Below are positions 28,008 to 45,994 of a DNA stretch of 64,000 nucleotides, piece after piece (the stretch's first letter is position 1; each line of letters opens with the position of its first letter). The DNA is from an uncultured Chloroflexia bacterium (GTDB lineage Bacteria > Chloroflexota > Dehalococcoidia > DSTF01 > JALHUB01). The notes under the pieces are model-generated. The model was not told the DNA's origin, ran no database searches, and saw only the letters and a list, made by a program, of their open reading frames with translations. The DNA lies in assembly GCA_963703345.1 (NCBI GenBank), contig OY969814.1, positions 800,001 through 864,000 on the forward strand. Reading direction: 5' to 3'. The position numbers and the translations under genes are program-made.

Positions 28008-31000
28008 TTACCTTTCGTATCCGCCGGGCGAAGCTTCGACGGTGGCGAGCGTTTCCGCGGCGGCGCTGAGCCGGACTTCGCCGCAATCGCCGAAGAGAAC
28101 GGCAAGCCGACCGCACAGCTCCTCACAGGCTCGGGCGCGCGGCAGCGCCAGCTCTACCTGCTGGTCGTCGCGAGTGTACACGATGAGACGCACCTCGTCG
28201 CCGCCGGGGAAGTCGCCGAGAGCGGTTATCAAGCCGGACAGCCGCTGCCGGTCCTCCTCCTCATCCTGAGTCTCCTTCAGAGCGATGAGCACTCGACGAG
28301 GAGGGCGTTCCGCCCCCTCGACGGCGTTTCTTCGCCCCGACGGCGCCGTCCTGGCGCTGGCCGCCGGCCGGTCGCGCCGAATCCATTCGGGGATGGCGAA
28401 CGGCTCCGCGGTCGGGCCGCCGGTCTGGTAGATCGCGACGTGCTGGGTGCTGACCTGCAGCCGGTCGCCGCGCTCACGGATGCGCGCCAGGAGGATGAGG
28501 ATGTTGCCTTCTGCCCAAAGGTCGCGGGTCTGGTCATAGAGGTCGGGCCAGACGGTAACTTCGACGCTTCCCGAGAGGTCTTCGATGGTCGCGGCACAGA
28601 AGGTCTTGCCGTCTTTGGTGAGGAGGTTGCGCGTCGAGGCGACCATGCCCGCCAGCACGACGTCGCGACCCGCGAGCTCGAGCGTCACCTCGTTGCAGAC
28701 GGCGGTGATGTGCTGCGAGAGCGTCGCGGCGGCCCCGGCGAAGGGGTGCTCCGAGACGTAGACGCCGAGCATCTCTTTCTCCCAGGCGAGCATCTCGGCG
28801 CGCGGCGCCTCCGCCGGCTCCAGCTCCAGGCCGGGCAGGGGTGCGCTGACGCTCTGGCCGAAGAGGTCGAACATCGTCGTCTGACCGGAGTCGCGCATCC
28901 GCTGCTCGCGCTGGGCCAGCGAGAGGATGCGGTCGAGGTTTGCAAGCAGCGTGCCGCGGTCGCCCAGGCTGTCAAGCGCTCCCGCCTTTGTCATGCTTTC
29001 CAGCGCCCGCTTGTTGAGGTTGCGCAGGCCGGCGCGACGGCTCAGGTCTTCGACGGATGCGAAGGGCCCGCCCTCCTCGCGGGCGGCGATAAGCCCTTCG
29101 ACGGCGCCGGTCCCTACGTTCTTGATGACCGCTAGCCCGAAGCGGATGGCGGGGCGCCCGTCGTCGAGGCGCTCGATCTGGAAGTTGACGCCGCTGTGGT
29201 TGATGTCCGGCGGCAGGACGGCGATCCCCAGCTTGGCGCACTCCGCCACGGCGGCGGCGATGCGCTCCTGGGCGCCGGCGGGATGGCTCGAGGCGAGCCG
29301 GAGGACGGCTGTCAGGTACTCGGCCGGGTAATTCGCCTTCAGATAGGCGGTCTGGTAGGCGATGGTGGCATAGGAGACGGCATGCGCTTTGTTGAAGGCG
29401 TAGCCCGCAAAGGGCTCGATGAGGTCGAACACCTGCTGCGCGTCCGCTTCGCCGTAGCCGCGCTCGACGGCGCCGGCGATGAAGCGCTCCTTCTCCGCGC
29501 GCATGACGGTGGCGATCTTCTTTCCCATCGCCTTGCGCATGATGTCCGCCTCGCCGAGTGTGTAGCCGGCGAACTTCTGGGCGATGAGCAGCACCTGGTC
29601 CTGGTAGACGATCACGCCGTACGTCTCGTCGAGAATGTCCGCCAGGTCGGGATGCGGGTGCTGGATGCGGGCGCGACCGCGCTTGGCGGCGCAGAAGGTG
29701 GGGATGTGCTGCATAGGGCCGGGACGGTATAGGGCGACCATGGCGGCCAGGTCGGCGATTGAAGCGGGGCGCAGCTCCTGGATGTAGCGGCGCATTCCCG
29801 GGCTCTCAAGCTGGAAGACGCCGAACGTCTCGCCCTGCGAAAGCATCTCATACGTCTTCGCGTCGTCGTCCGGCAGGGCCTTGATGTCGAGGTCGACGCC
29901 GCGGGAGTCGCGGACGATCTCGACGGCCTGGTCGAGGATCGTCAGGTTGACCAGGCCGAGGAAGTCCATCTTCAGGAGGCCGATCTCCGCGACCTGCTCC
30001 ATCGCGAACTGGGTCATCGGGATGGCGCTCTCTTCGCCGTTGGCCGCTTCGCCGGCGCGGGTGCCGCGACTGGGCCGCTGCAGCGGTAGGTGCTCGACCA
30101 GCGGCTGGCCGGAGATGACGACGCCGGCGGCATGGGTGCTGGCGTGCCGGGCGATCCCCTCCAGCTTCTGCGCCGTGTCGACGAGGCGCCGCACCTGGTC
30201 ATCGAGGTCGTACACGCTGCGCAACTCGATGCTTTCCGATAGGGCGCGCTCGATGGTCATGTGCAGGGCGTTGGGGATGAGGCGGGCGACGCGGTCGACT
30301 TCGGCGTAGGTCATGCCGAGCGCCCGCCCGACGTCGCGGATCGCCGCCTTCGCGCCCATCGTGCCGAAGGTGATGATCTGCGCCACGTGGTCGTAGCCGT
30401 ACTTCTCGGCGACGTAGCGGATCACCTCGTCGCGGCGGTCGTCGGCGAAATCCATGTCGATATCGGGCATCTCGCGCCGCTCGACGTTGAGGAAGCGCTC
30501 GAAGACGAGACGATATGCGAGCGGGTCGATGTCGGTGATGCCGAGGCAGTAGAGGATGATGCTGGCGGCGGCGCTGCCGCGGACGCCCATGGCGATGCCC
30601 TGGCCGCGGGCGAAGAGGGCGAAGTCGCGCACAACGAGCATGTAGTTGGCGAAGCCGGTCTCGCGGACCACCGACAGCTCGTAGTCCAGGCGGCGGCGCG
30701 GCTCCTCGGCGTCGGGCGGGTAGCGCCGTACGAGGCCCTCGCGGCAGAGCTCCGCCAGGTAATCGTCCGCCGACAGGCCGGGCGGGACCTCCGCCTGTGG
30801 CAGGTGCAGGTCTCCGAAACGGAGGTCGAGGTCGCACATCTCGGCGATGCGGGCGCTGTTGTCGATGGCGTCCGGCGTTTCCGGGAAGAGGTCGCGCATC
30901 TCCTGCTCCGACTTCAGGTAATAGGAGTCATCGGGCATGCGGATGCGCTTCTCGTCGAGCAGCGAGGAGTTGGTGCCGATGCAGAGGAGGATGTCCTGCG

Positions 31001-31634
31001 TCGCGGCGTCGGTCTGGTTCACGTAGTGGACATCGTTCGTCGCGACCAGCGGGATGCCGGTCTCGCGGGACATCTTCACTAGCTGCCGGTTGACCTCGGT
31101 GAGCTCCGGCATGCTGTGCTCCTGCAGCTCGAGGTAGTAGTGATCGAACGTCTCCTGGTGCCAGCGCGCCGCCTGCACAGCTTCGTCGTAACGGCCGCTT
31201 AGGAGCAGGTCGCTGAGGAGGCCGGCGCGGCAGCCCGACAGGGCGATCAGCCCTTCGGAGTGCTCGCGCAGGAGCTCGCGGTCCATGCGCGGCTTGTAGT
31301 AGTAGCCCTCCAGGTTCGCGCGGGTGACGAGCGTCAGGAGGTTGCGATAGCCTGCCATGTTGCGGCAGAGCAGCGTCAGGTGGCGCGATTGCTTGTCCTT
31401 CGGCTCGCGGCTAAGGCGCGAATCCGGCGCCACGTACGCTTCGACACCGATGATTGGCTTGACGCCTTGAGATAGGGCCTCCTTATAGAAGTCGATGGCG
31501 GCGTAGAGGTTGCCGTGGTCGGTGAGGGCGATGGCGTCCTGACCGAGCTCGCGGGCGCGTCGCGTCAGGTCGGTCACGCGGGCGAGGCCGTCGAGCAGGC
31601 TGAACTCCGTGTGGACGTGCAGGTGGGAGAACAT
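28008..31634 (-). CDS. dnaE: DNA polymerase III alpha subunit
   Basis: HLHVHTEFSLLDG, PDIDMDF, KMDFLGL, YAFNKAHA, OB fold. Likely start is ATG 31634 just downstream of TATAAT (the track gives 31649). Confidence 0.97.
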   Translation of the reverse strand: MFSHLHVHTEFSLLDGLARVTDLTRRARELGQDAIALTDHGNLYAAIDFYKEALSQGVKPIIGVEAYVAPDSRLSREPKDKQSRHLTLLCRNMAGYRNLLTLVTRANLEGYYYKPRMDRELLREHSEGLIALSGCRAGLLSDLLLSGRYDEAVQAARWHQETFDHYYLELQEHSMPELTEVNRQLVKMSRETGIPLVATNDVHYVNQTDAATQDILLCIGTNSSLLDEKRIRMPDDSYYLKSEQEMRDLFPETPDAIDNSARIAEMCDLDLRFGDLHLPQAEVPPGLSADDYLAELCREGLVRRYPPDAEEPRRRLDYELSVVRETGFANYMLVVRDFALFARGQGIAMGVRGSAAASIILYCLGITDIDPLAYRLVFERFLNVERREMPDIDMDFADDRRDEVIRYVAEKYGYDHVAQIITFGTMGAKAAIRDVGRALGMTYAEVDRVARLIPNALHMTIERALSESIELRSVYDLDDQVRRLVDTAQKLEGIARHASTHAAGVVISGQPLVEHLPLQRPSRGTRAGEAANGEESAIPMTQFAMEQVAEIGLLKMDFLGLVNLTILDQAVEIVRDSRGVDLDIKALPDDDAKTYEMLSQGETFGVFQLESPGMRRYIQELRPASIADLAAMVALYRPGPMQHIPTFCAAKRGRARIQHPHPDLADILDETYGVIVYQDQVLLIAQKFAGYTLGEADIMRKAMGKKIATVMRAEKERFIAGAVERGYGEADAQQVFDLIEPFAGYAFNKAHAVSYATIAYQTAYLKANYPAEYLTAVLRLASSHPAGAQERIAAAVAECAKLGIAVLPPDINHSGVNFQIERLDDGRPAIRFGLAVIKNVGTGAVEGLIAAREEGGPFASVEDLSRRAGLRNLNKRALESMTKAGALDSLGDRGTLLANLDRILSLAQREQRMRDSGQTTMFDLFGQSVSAPLPGLELEPAEAPRAEMLAWEKEMLGVYVSEHPFAGAAATLSQHITAVCNEVTLELAGRDVVLAGMVASTRNLLTKDGKTFCAATIEDLSGSVEVTVWPDLYDQTRDLWAEGNILILLARIRERGDRLQVSTQHVAIYQTGGPTAEPFAIPEWIRRDRPAASARTAPSGRRNAVEGAERPPRRVLIALKETQDEEEDRQRLSGLITALGDFPGGDEVRLIVYTRDDQQVELALPRARACEELCGRLAVLFGDCGEVRLSAAAETLATVEASPGGYER

Positions 31635-31780
31635 GGCTGGATAAGTCATTATAGCGCCGCTGCCGCGTCGGAGGGCGCGAATTATGTTCAGCCTGCGACT
31701 TCCTGCGAAAAAATACTACGCCGCCGCGTTTGACGGGTTGTCCAAGCCCGTGCTACGCTGAATTGGAAAGAGGGCTTTCG

Positions 31781-32068
31781 ATGCTAGAAAACGCAACGAC
31801 CGACGAACTGCGCGAGAGGGTCGAGGAGATACTGGACGCGATCCGCCCGTCGCTGCAGGCGCACGGCGGCGACGTCGACCTGCTCGAGGTGACGCCGGAG
31901 AAGATCGCTCGCCTGGAGCTGACGGGCGCCTGCGGCGGCTGCCCCATGGCCAGCATTACGCTGAAGCTCGGCATCGAGCGCGTTCTCGCCGAGGAGGTGC
32001 CGGAGCTTGCCGGTGTCGAGGCGGTGAACGTCGACGTTGGCAACTGGCCGGGGTTCGAGCCGGACTAG
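31781..32068 (+). CDS. NifU-like Fe-S scaffold/carrier
   Basis: IRPSLQAHGGDV...GACGGCP...TLK.GIE. Confidence 0.92.
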   Translation: MLENATTDELRERVEEILDAIRPSLQAHGGDVDLLEVTPEKIARLELTGACGGCPMASITLKLGIERVLAEEVPELAGVEAVNVDVGNWPGFEPD

Positions 32069-32092
32069 CGCCGTAACCCGAATAACGATGAA

Positions 32093-32122
32093 AGGCGTCT
32101 CCGCGACGCCTCTGTTTTTCTT
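32093..32122 (+). terminator. Rho-independent terminator after the NifU gene
   Basis: AGGCGTC/GACGCCT stem followed by a T-rich tract. Confidence 0.65.
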
Positions 32123-32161
32123 GTCCCTTTCGTCTTCACCTTCTTGTGGTTGTTTGCAATT

Positions 32162-32228
32162 CTGCGGGTTGAAACCCGCAGCCTTCCCCCCGGTCCCTTC
32201 CCCGCAGGCTGAGGGATTCATCCCTCAG
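32162..32228. repeat. Inverted doublet of 20-bp palindromes (REPIN/BIME-like)
   Basis: CTGCGGGTTGAAACCCGCAG (32162-32181) and, on the minus strand, CTGAGGGATGAATCCCTCAG (32209-32228); the differences are compensatory. Confidence 0.65.
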
Positions 32229-32259
32229 ATCGTATTTCCCTTCCTGCGCAAGCTTCGGC

Positions 32260-33486
32260 CTATTCGGCGACGTCCAGGGCGAAAGCCTTGTGCAGCGCTT
32301 TCACGGCGTCCTTCACCCGCGCCTCTTCGATGATGCAGGTGATGCGGATCTCGCTCGTCGAGATCATTTCGATGTTGATGCCCTCGTCGGAAAGAGTGCG
32401 GAACATGCGCGACGCGTAGCCGGGCGCGCTGGTCATTCCCGTCCCGACGATGCTCACCTTCCCAAGCCTCTCGTCGCTCACCACCTCGCGGGCGCCTATC
32501 GCCTTCGCCGCCGCCTCGATGACCGAGAGGGCACGCTTGAGGTCGGTACGCGAGACGGTGAAGGTGAGGTCGGTCAGCTTCTCCTCGCTGGCGTTCTGGA
32601 CGATGGTGTCGACGGAGACGTGGGCGTCGGTCAGGGGCTCGAAGACCTTCGCCGCTATGCCGGGCTGATCGGGGACGTGCCGGACCGTCACCTTCGCCAC
32701 GTCGAGGTCGTGGGCAATGCCGCGCACTTTCTTGAACTGCTCCATCGAGACGCCTCCGTGAATCAGGGTGCCGCTCGCCTCCTTAAAGCTGGAGGCGACG
32801 AGTATCGGGATGTTGTAGACGCCGCCGACTTCGACGGCGCGGGAATGCATGACCTTGGCGCCCACGCTGGCAAGCTCCAACATCTCCTCGTAGCTGATCT
32901 CGTGGAGCTTGCGTGCCTCGGGGACGATGCGCGGGTCGGCGGTGTAGACGCCCTCGACGTCGGTGTATATCTCGCAGGCGTCGGCGCCGAGGGCGGCGGC
33001 GAGAGCGACGGCGGTGGTGTCGGAGCCGCCGCGTCCGAGGGTCGTGATGTCGCCGTCGGCGTCCTGCGTCAGCCCCTGGAAGCCGGCGACGATGACGATG
33101 CGCCCTTCGTCGAGCTCGCGGTGCACGCGCTTGGGATCGATTGCCAGGATGCGCGCCTTGCGATGGACCGTATCGGTGCGAATGCCGGCCTGGCCGCCGC
33201 TGAGACTGATGGCGTCCTGGCCCATGGCGTGCAGGGCCATCACCATCAGCGTACTGGAGACCGTCTCGCCGGTGGACATGAGGACGTCCATCTCACGGTC
33301 CTCCGGCGTCTCGTTTAGCTGATACGCCAGGTCTATGAGCTGGTCGGTCGTCTTGCCCATGGCGGAGACGACGACGACCATCTCGTTGCCCTGTGCCTCG
33401 CGGGCAGCGACGCGACCGGCAACGTTCTTGATCTTCTCGGCGTCGGCGAGGGAGCTGCCGCCGTACTTCTGAACGATGATTCCCAT
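32260..33486 (-). CDS. lysC: Aspartate kinase
   Basis: VQKYGGSS, VSAMG, TTLGRGGSDTTA, DPR, two ACT domains. Confidence 0.96.
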   Translation of the reverse strand: MGIIVQKYGGSSLADAEKIKNVAGRVAAREAQGNEMVVVVSAMGKTTDQLIDLAYQLNETPEDREMDVLMSTGETVSSTLMVMALHAMGQDAISLSGGQAGIRTDTVHRKARILAIDPKRVHRELDEGRIVIVAGFQGLTQDADGDITTLGRGGSDTTAVALAAALGADACEIYTDVEGVYTADPRIVPEARKLHEISYEEMLELASVGAKVMHSRAVEVGGVYNIPILVASSFKEASGTLIHGGVSMEQFKKVRGIAHDLDVAKVTVRHVPDQPGIAAKVFEPLTDAHVSVDTIVQNASEEKLTDLTFTVSRTDLKRALSVIEAAAKAIGAREVVSDERLGKVSIVGTGMTSAPGYASRMFRTLSDEGINIEMISTSEIRITCIIEEARVKDAVKALHKAFALDVAE

Positions 33487-33492
33487 GCTAGC

Positions 33493-34383
33493 CTATTCCG
33501 TCGTTAGGACCTGCGCGCCTCTCGCGCTGGGCGCGGTAATTATCGTCTCGCCCGGGCAGTTTGCCGAGAGGGCGGCGCGGAGCATCGCCTGGGCAATAGC
33601 TTTCTCATTGTGCTGCGTCCAGGCGGCAATCGTCGAGCCGCCGCCGGAGAGGTAGGAGCAGAGGGCGCCGGCTTCGCAGGCGGCGGCCATTATCGCATCC
33701 ATCGCTGGCAGGAGCTGGGAGCGCGCCGGCTGGTGGAGGCGGTCTTCGCAGGCGGTCGCCAGCAAGTCCAGACGTCCGGAGGCGAGCGCCGCGACAAGCA
33801 GTGACGCGCGGCCGACGTTGTGAATGGCATCCTCCCGCGACACCTCTGCCTCCAGAAGGCGACGGCTCTCGGACGTCGGCATCGCCTGCTCCGGCACCAG
33901 CAGCACGACCCTCATGTTGTCGGGTACCGGCACGGGCGCATGGACGACGCGTCCCTTCTTCCACACGGCGACTTGCAGGCCGCCGAGAAGCGCCGGCGTG
34001 ACGTTGTCGGCGTGGCCTTCGAGGGCGGCGCCCAAAGGGAGCAGCTCCTCGATGCTGAGGGGACTGCCCGCTAGGGCGTTGGCGCCCAGAAGGGCGGCCG
34101 CGCGAACAGCAGCGCTCGCTCCGAGTCCTCTGGCCAGCGGGAAACCGTTGCGCCAGTCGAAGGACAGCCCCTTTGGCCGCTTCGCACCGCTCGCTTCGAA
34201 GAAGGCGTCGGCGGCGGCCAGGGCCATCCGCGGCAGCCGCTCGTCCGGCGCCTCGACCGCTTCGTCATGCGCCTGGAGTGTCGCTGCCGACCACAGGTCG
34301 AGGGCGAGGCCGAGGCAGTCGAAGCCGGGCCCGAGGTTGGCCGACGTGGCCGGCAGGCGAAGGAGCACTTTTGAAGAAGGCAA
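33493..34383 (-). CDS. thrB: Homoserine kinase
   Basis: PATSANLGPGFD, PLARGLGAS, EGHADN, HQP.R. Confidence 0.94.
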   Translation of the reverse strand: MPSSKVLLRLPATSANLGPGFDCLGLALDLWSAATLQAHDEAVEAPDERLPRMALAAADAFFEASGAKRPKGLSFDWRNGFPLARGLGASAAVRAAALLGANALAGSPLSIEELLPLGAALEGHADNVTPALLGGLQVAVWKKGRVVHAPVPVPDNMRVVLLVPEQAMPTSESRRLLEAEVSREDAIHNVGRASLLVAALASGRLDLLATACEDRLHQPARSQLLPAMDAIMAAACEAGALCSYLSGGGSTIAAWTQHNEKAIAQAMLRAALSANCPGETIITAPSARGAQVLTTE

Positions 34384-34537
34384 GTCGCGGCACCCAGGGC
34401 GATACTAGTCTGACGATCCTATCATTCGGGCTCAGATGGCACAACGCGCGCGCCCCCGCTAGCGGCGGCCGAGGCCTTTCATCGATCGGCGTGACAACTG
34501 GCCGCGCGTTTGGTAGTCTACAGCTAGAAGGGTCGGC

Positions 34538-35335
34538 ATGTCGCCGCCCGGGCCAATTCGCGGCTCAGGGAAGACGCTGATGTCTTTGTTCTCGTCCCCA
34601 CGAATCGCCGTCATTGAGCTCTACGGCATGCTCGGCCAGCCCACGCGCACCGCCGAGCAGATACGCCTCCTCCAATCGCTGCGGGAGAATGACAGCGTCC
34701 GCGCCGTCGTCATCGACATCGATTCCGGCGGCGGCACGGTGGCTGCCTCCGACTACCTCCATCGCTCGGTCAAGAAGCTGGTGGAGAAGAAGCCCGTCAT
34801 CGCTTTCGTGCGCGGCACCGCGGCCTCCGGCGGCTACATGGTCGGCTGCGCTTCCAGCAAGATCGTCGCGCTGCCGACGGCGATAGTCGGCTCCATCGGC
34901 GTCATCTCCATACGCCCCATCGTGTACGATATGCTCGACAAGCTCGGCGTGCGCATGACGGTGACGAAGTCGGGGCGCTTGAAGGACATGTGGTCGCCGT
35001 TCCGCGAGCCGACGAAGGAAGAGCGGGAGCGGGAGCAGGCGCTGCTGGACGAGTTCTACGAGCAGTTTATCCGCGTCGTCGCCGACGGACGCAGACTGCC
35101 GGCGGAGCAGGTCCGTTCGCTGGCGACCGGCGAGGTCTTCACCGCCGTCAAGGGCAAGGAGATGGGCCTGGTCGACGAGCTGGGCGACCTGGATTCGGCA
35201 ATCGACCTGGCGGCCGAGCTGAGCAAAGCGCCGCGCCGCGTCCGCTACGTGCGACCGCGTCGGGGCCTGCGCTCTCTCCTGATGTCCCGGCTGGCGTCGG
35301 CAATGGTCGAAGAGGTGAGCGTCAAGCTTGAGTAG
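34538..35335 (+). CDS. sppA: Signal peptide peptidase SppA (S49); start may be 34580
   Basis: IDSGGG, AASGGY, GSIGV, KSG..KD, GLVDELG. Confidence 0.9.
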   Translation: MSPPGPIRGSGKTLMSLFSSPRIAVIELYGMLGQPTRTAEQIRLLQSLRENDSVRAVVIDIDSGGGTVAASDYLHRSVKKLVEKKPVIAFVRGTAASGGYMVGCASSKIVALPTAIVGSIGVISIRPIVYDMLDKLGVRMTVTKSGRLKDMWSPFREPTKEEREREQALLDEFYEQFIRVVADGRRLPAEQVRSLATGEVFTAVKGKEMGLVDELGDLDSAIDLAAELSKAPRRVRYVRPRRGLRSLLMSRLASAMVEEVSVKLE

Positions 35336-35508
35336 GTCCTCCGGCAGCGCATTGAATACCGCAGGCCTCACTAGCGCCTTTCAGACATCACAGTTTTCGG
35401 CCTGTAACACTTTTCTAATCATTCTGGGGCCAACATTTAAGGATTGGCGCCTGAATATATTAGATAGGCAGATCGTACAAGTCGCCTACCACAGAAGGAG
35501 GCCATAGA

Positions 35509-36669
<1,161 letters not shown>

Positions 36670-36697
36670 CTGGGGAACAGTCTCCCCGTCTTCGGTG

Positions 36698-36731
36698 CGA
36701 TGAAGCGACGGCCCGCCCCGTCGCTTCATCG
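36698..36731. terminator. 14-bp hairpin between convergent htrA and cobO
   Basis: CGATGAAGCGACGG/CCGTCGCTTCATCG. Confidence 0.6.
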
Positions 36732-36848
36732 TGTCTCGTCCCTGGAGAAGCGACCGCCTCTCTCCGAAAACATCGGTGAAGCATGCTCCTGTGAGGGTGA
36801 TTTCGGTGACCAGGGGTCCGGCACAGTCTGAAAGCCGCCTGAGTTCGC

Positions 36849-37388
36849 CTAATAGTCGATCCCCGCGACCGCGCCGGCGCCCTGCTGGAAGGGGTGCTTT
36901 ACCTGCTGCATCTCCGTCACCAGGTCGGCGAAAGCAATCAGGCGCTCCGGCGCTTTTCTGCCCGTTATGACGACGTGGACGCCCTCGGGCCGCCGCCGCA
37001 GTACGTCGACCACCTCGTCGACCGATAGCCAGCCCAGCGCAATGGGGTAGGTCAGCTCGTCGAGCGCGACCACGTCGTAGGAGCCGGAGGCGATCTTCTC
37101 CCGCGCCTGTCGCCAGCCGTCCAGGGCCATAGCCCGGTCCTTTTCGATGTCGTCGGACAGCCAGGTGAAGCCCCGTCCGACGGCGCAGATCTCGATGCCC
37201 AGCTTTTGGGCGGCGCGCTGCTCGCCGTAGTCGCCGTCCGCCGCCTTGATGAACGAGAGCATGACGACGCGCAGCCCTCTTCCCCAGGCGCGCAGCAGGA
37301 CTCCGAGGGCGGCCGTCGTCTTCCCCTTGCCGTCGCCGGTAAAGACGAGGACGAGGGAGCTCTTGCCGGACTCTGTCGATGCGTTCAT
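36849..37388 (-). CDS. cobO: Cob(I)yrinic acid a,c-diamide adenosyltransferase (CobA/CobO/BtuR)
   Basis: TGDGKGKTTAALG, LDE, TGR, KHPF..G...GIDY. Confidence 0.93.
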   Translation of the reverse strand: MNASTESGKSSLVLVFTGDGKGKTTAALGVLLRAWGRGLRVVMLSFIKAADGDYGEQRAAQKLGIEICAVGRGFTWLSDDIEKDRAMALDGWRQAREKIASGSYDVVALDELTYPIALGWLSVDEVVDVLRRRPEGVHVVITGRKAPERLIAFADLVTEMQQVKHPFQQGAGAVAGIDY

Positions 37389-37504
37389 GCGGTCCTTTTA
37401 CAGACGTTGCTTGATTCTAGCAGGCGCGCGGCCCGGCGGCGAGATGGGGCGGAAAATTGGGGTTGGGGATTGCGGTATCGGGGGGAAAACTGTATATTTA
37501 ACGG

Positions 37505-37534
37505 TTGACTCGGCGCTTCCAACTCTGATATACT
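37505..37534 (+). promoter_or_regulatory. rpoBC promoter
   Basis: TTGACT-18 bp-TATACT with an extended -10 TG. Confidence 0.7.
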
Positions 37535-37662
37535 GACTCTGGTTGCGAATAGACAGAAGAACCCCCTTTGTCGTCTTTTTCCCCAGAAAAAGGACTGATG
37601 ACAGCTTCCGCCCGTTAACCACAAGAGACTGCGGACTTAAAGGCTCTTGAGGAGAGACTAGT

Positions 37663-45895
<8,233 letters not shown>

Positions 45896-45914
45896 CCGGC
45901 GAATTCATTTCAAT

Positions 45915-45948
45915 AAGAAAGAGCCCCGGAAATCCGGGGCTTCTTCTT
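45915..45948. terminator. Bidirectional terminator after rpoC
   Basis: A-rich-GCCCCGG-AAAT-CCGGGGC-T-rich. Confidence 0.75.
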
Positions 45949-45971
45949 GTCATCGGTCCCTCGGGCTTCTC

Positions 45972-45994
45972 GGCGGGCAGGATGCCCGCCCTAC
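45972..45994 (-). repeat. GTAG-family REP-like palindrome
   Basis: Minus strand GTAGGGCGGGCATCCTGCCCGCC; its TAG is the stop codon of the radical SAM ORF. Confidence 0.65.

Noticed and set aside
35375-35470. AT-rich tract upstream of htrA as a response-regulator binding site
   Set aside because: Plausible by context, but no clear repeat consensus could be defined by eye.
36770-36815. Minus-strand LVTEI downstream of cobO resembling its LVTEM motif (another orphan tail?)
   Set aside because: Only 4-5 residues match and there is no colinearity to the stop codon.
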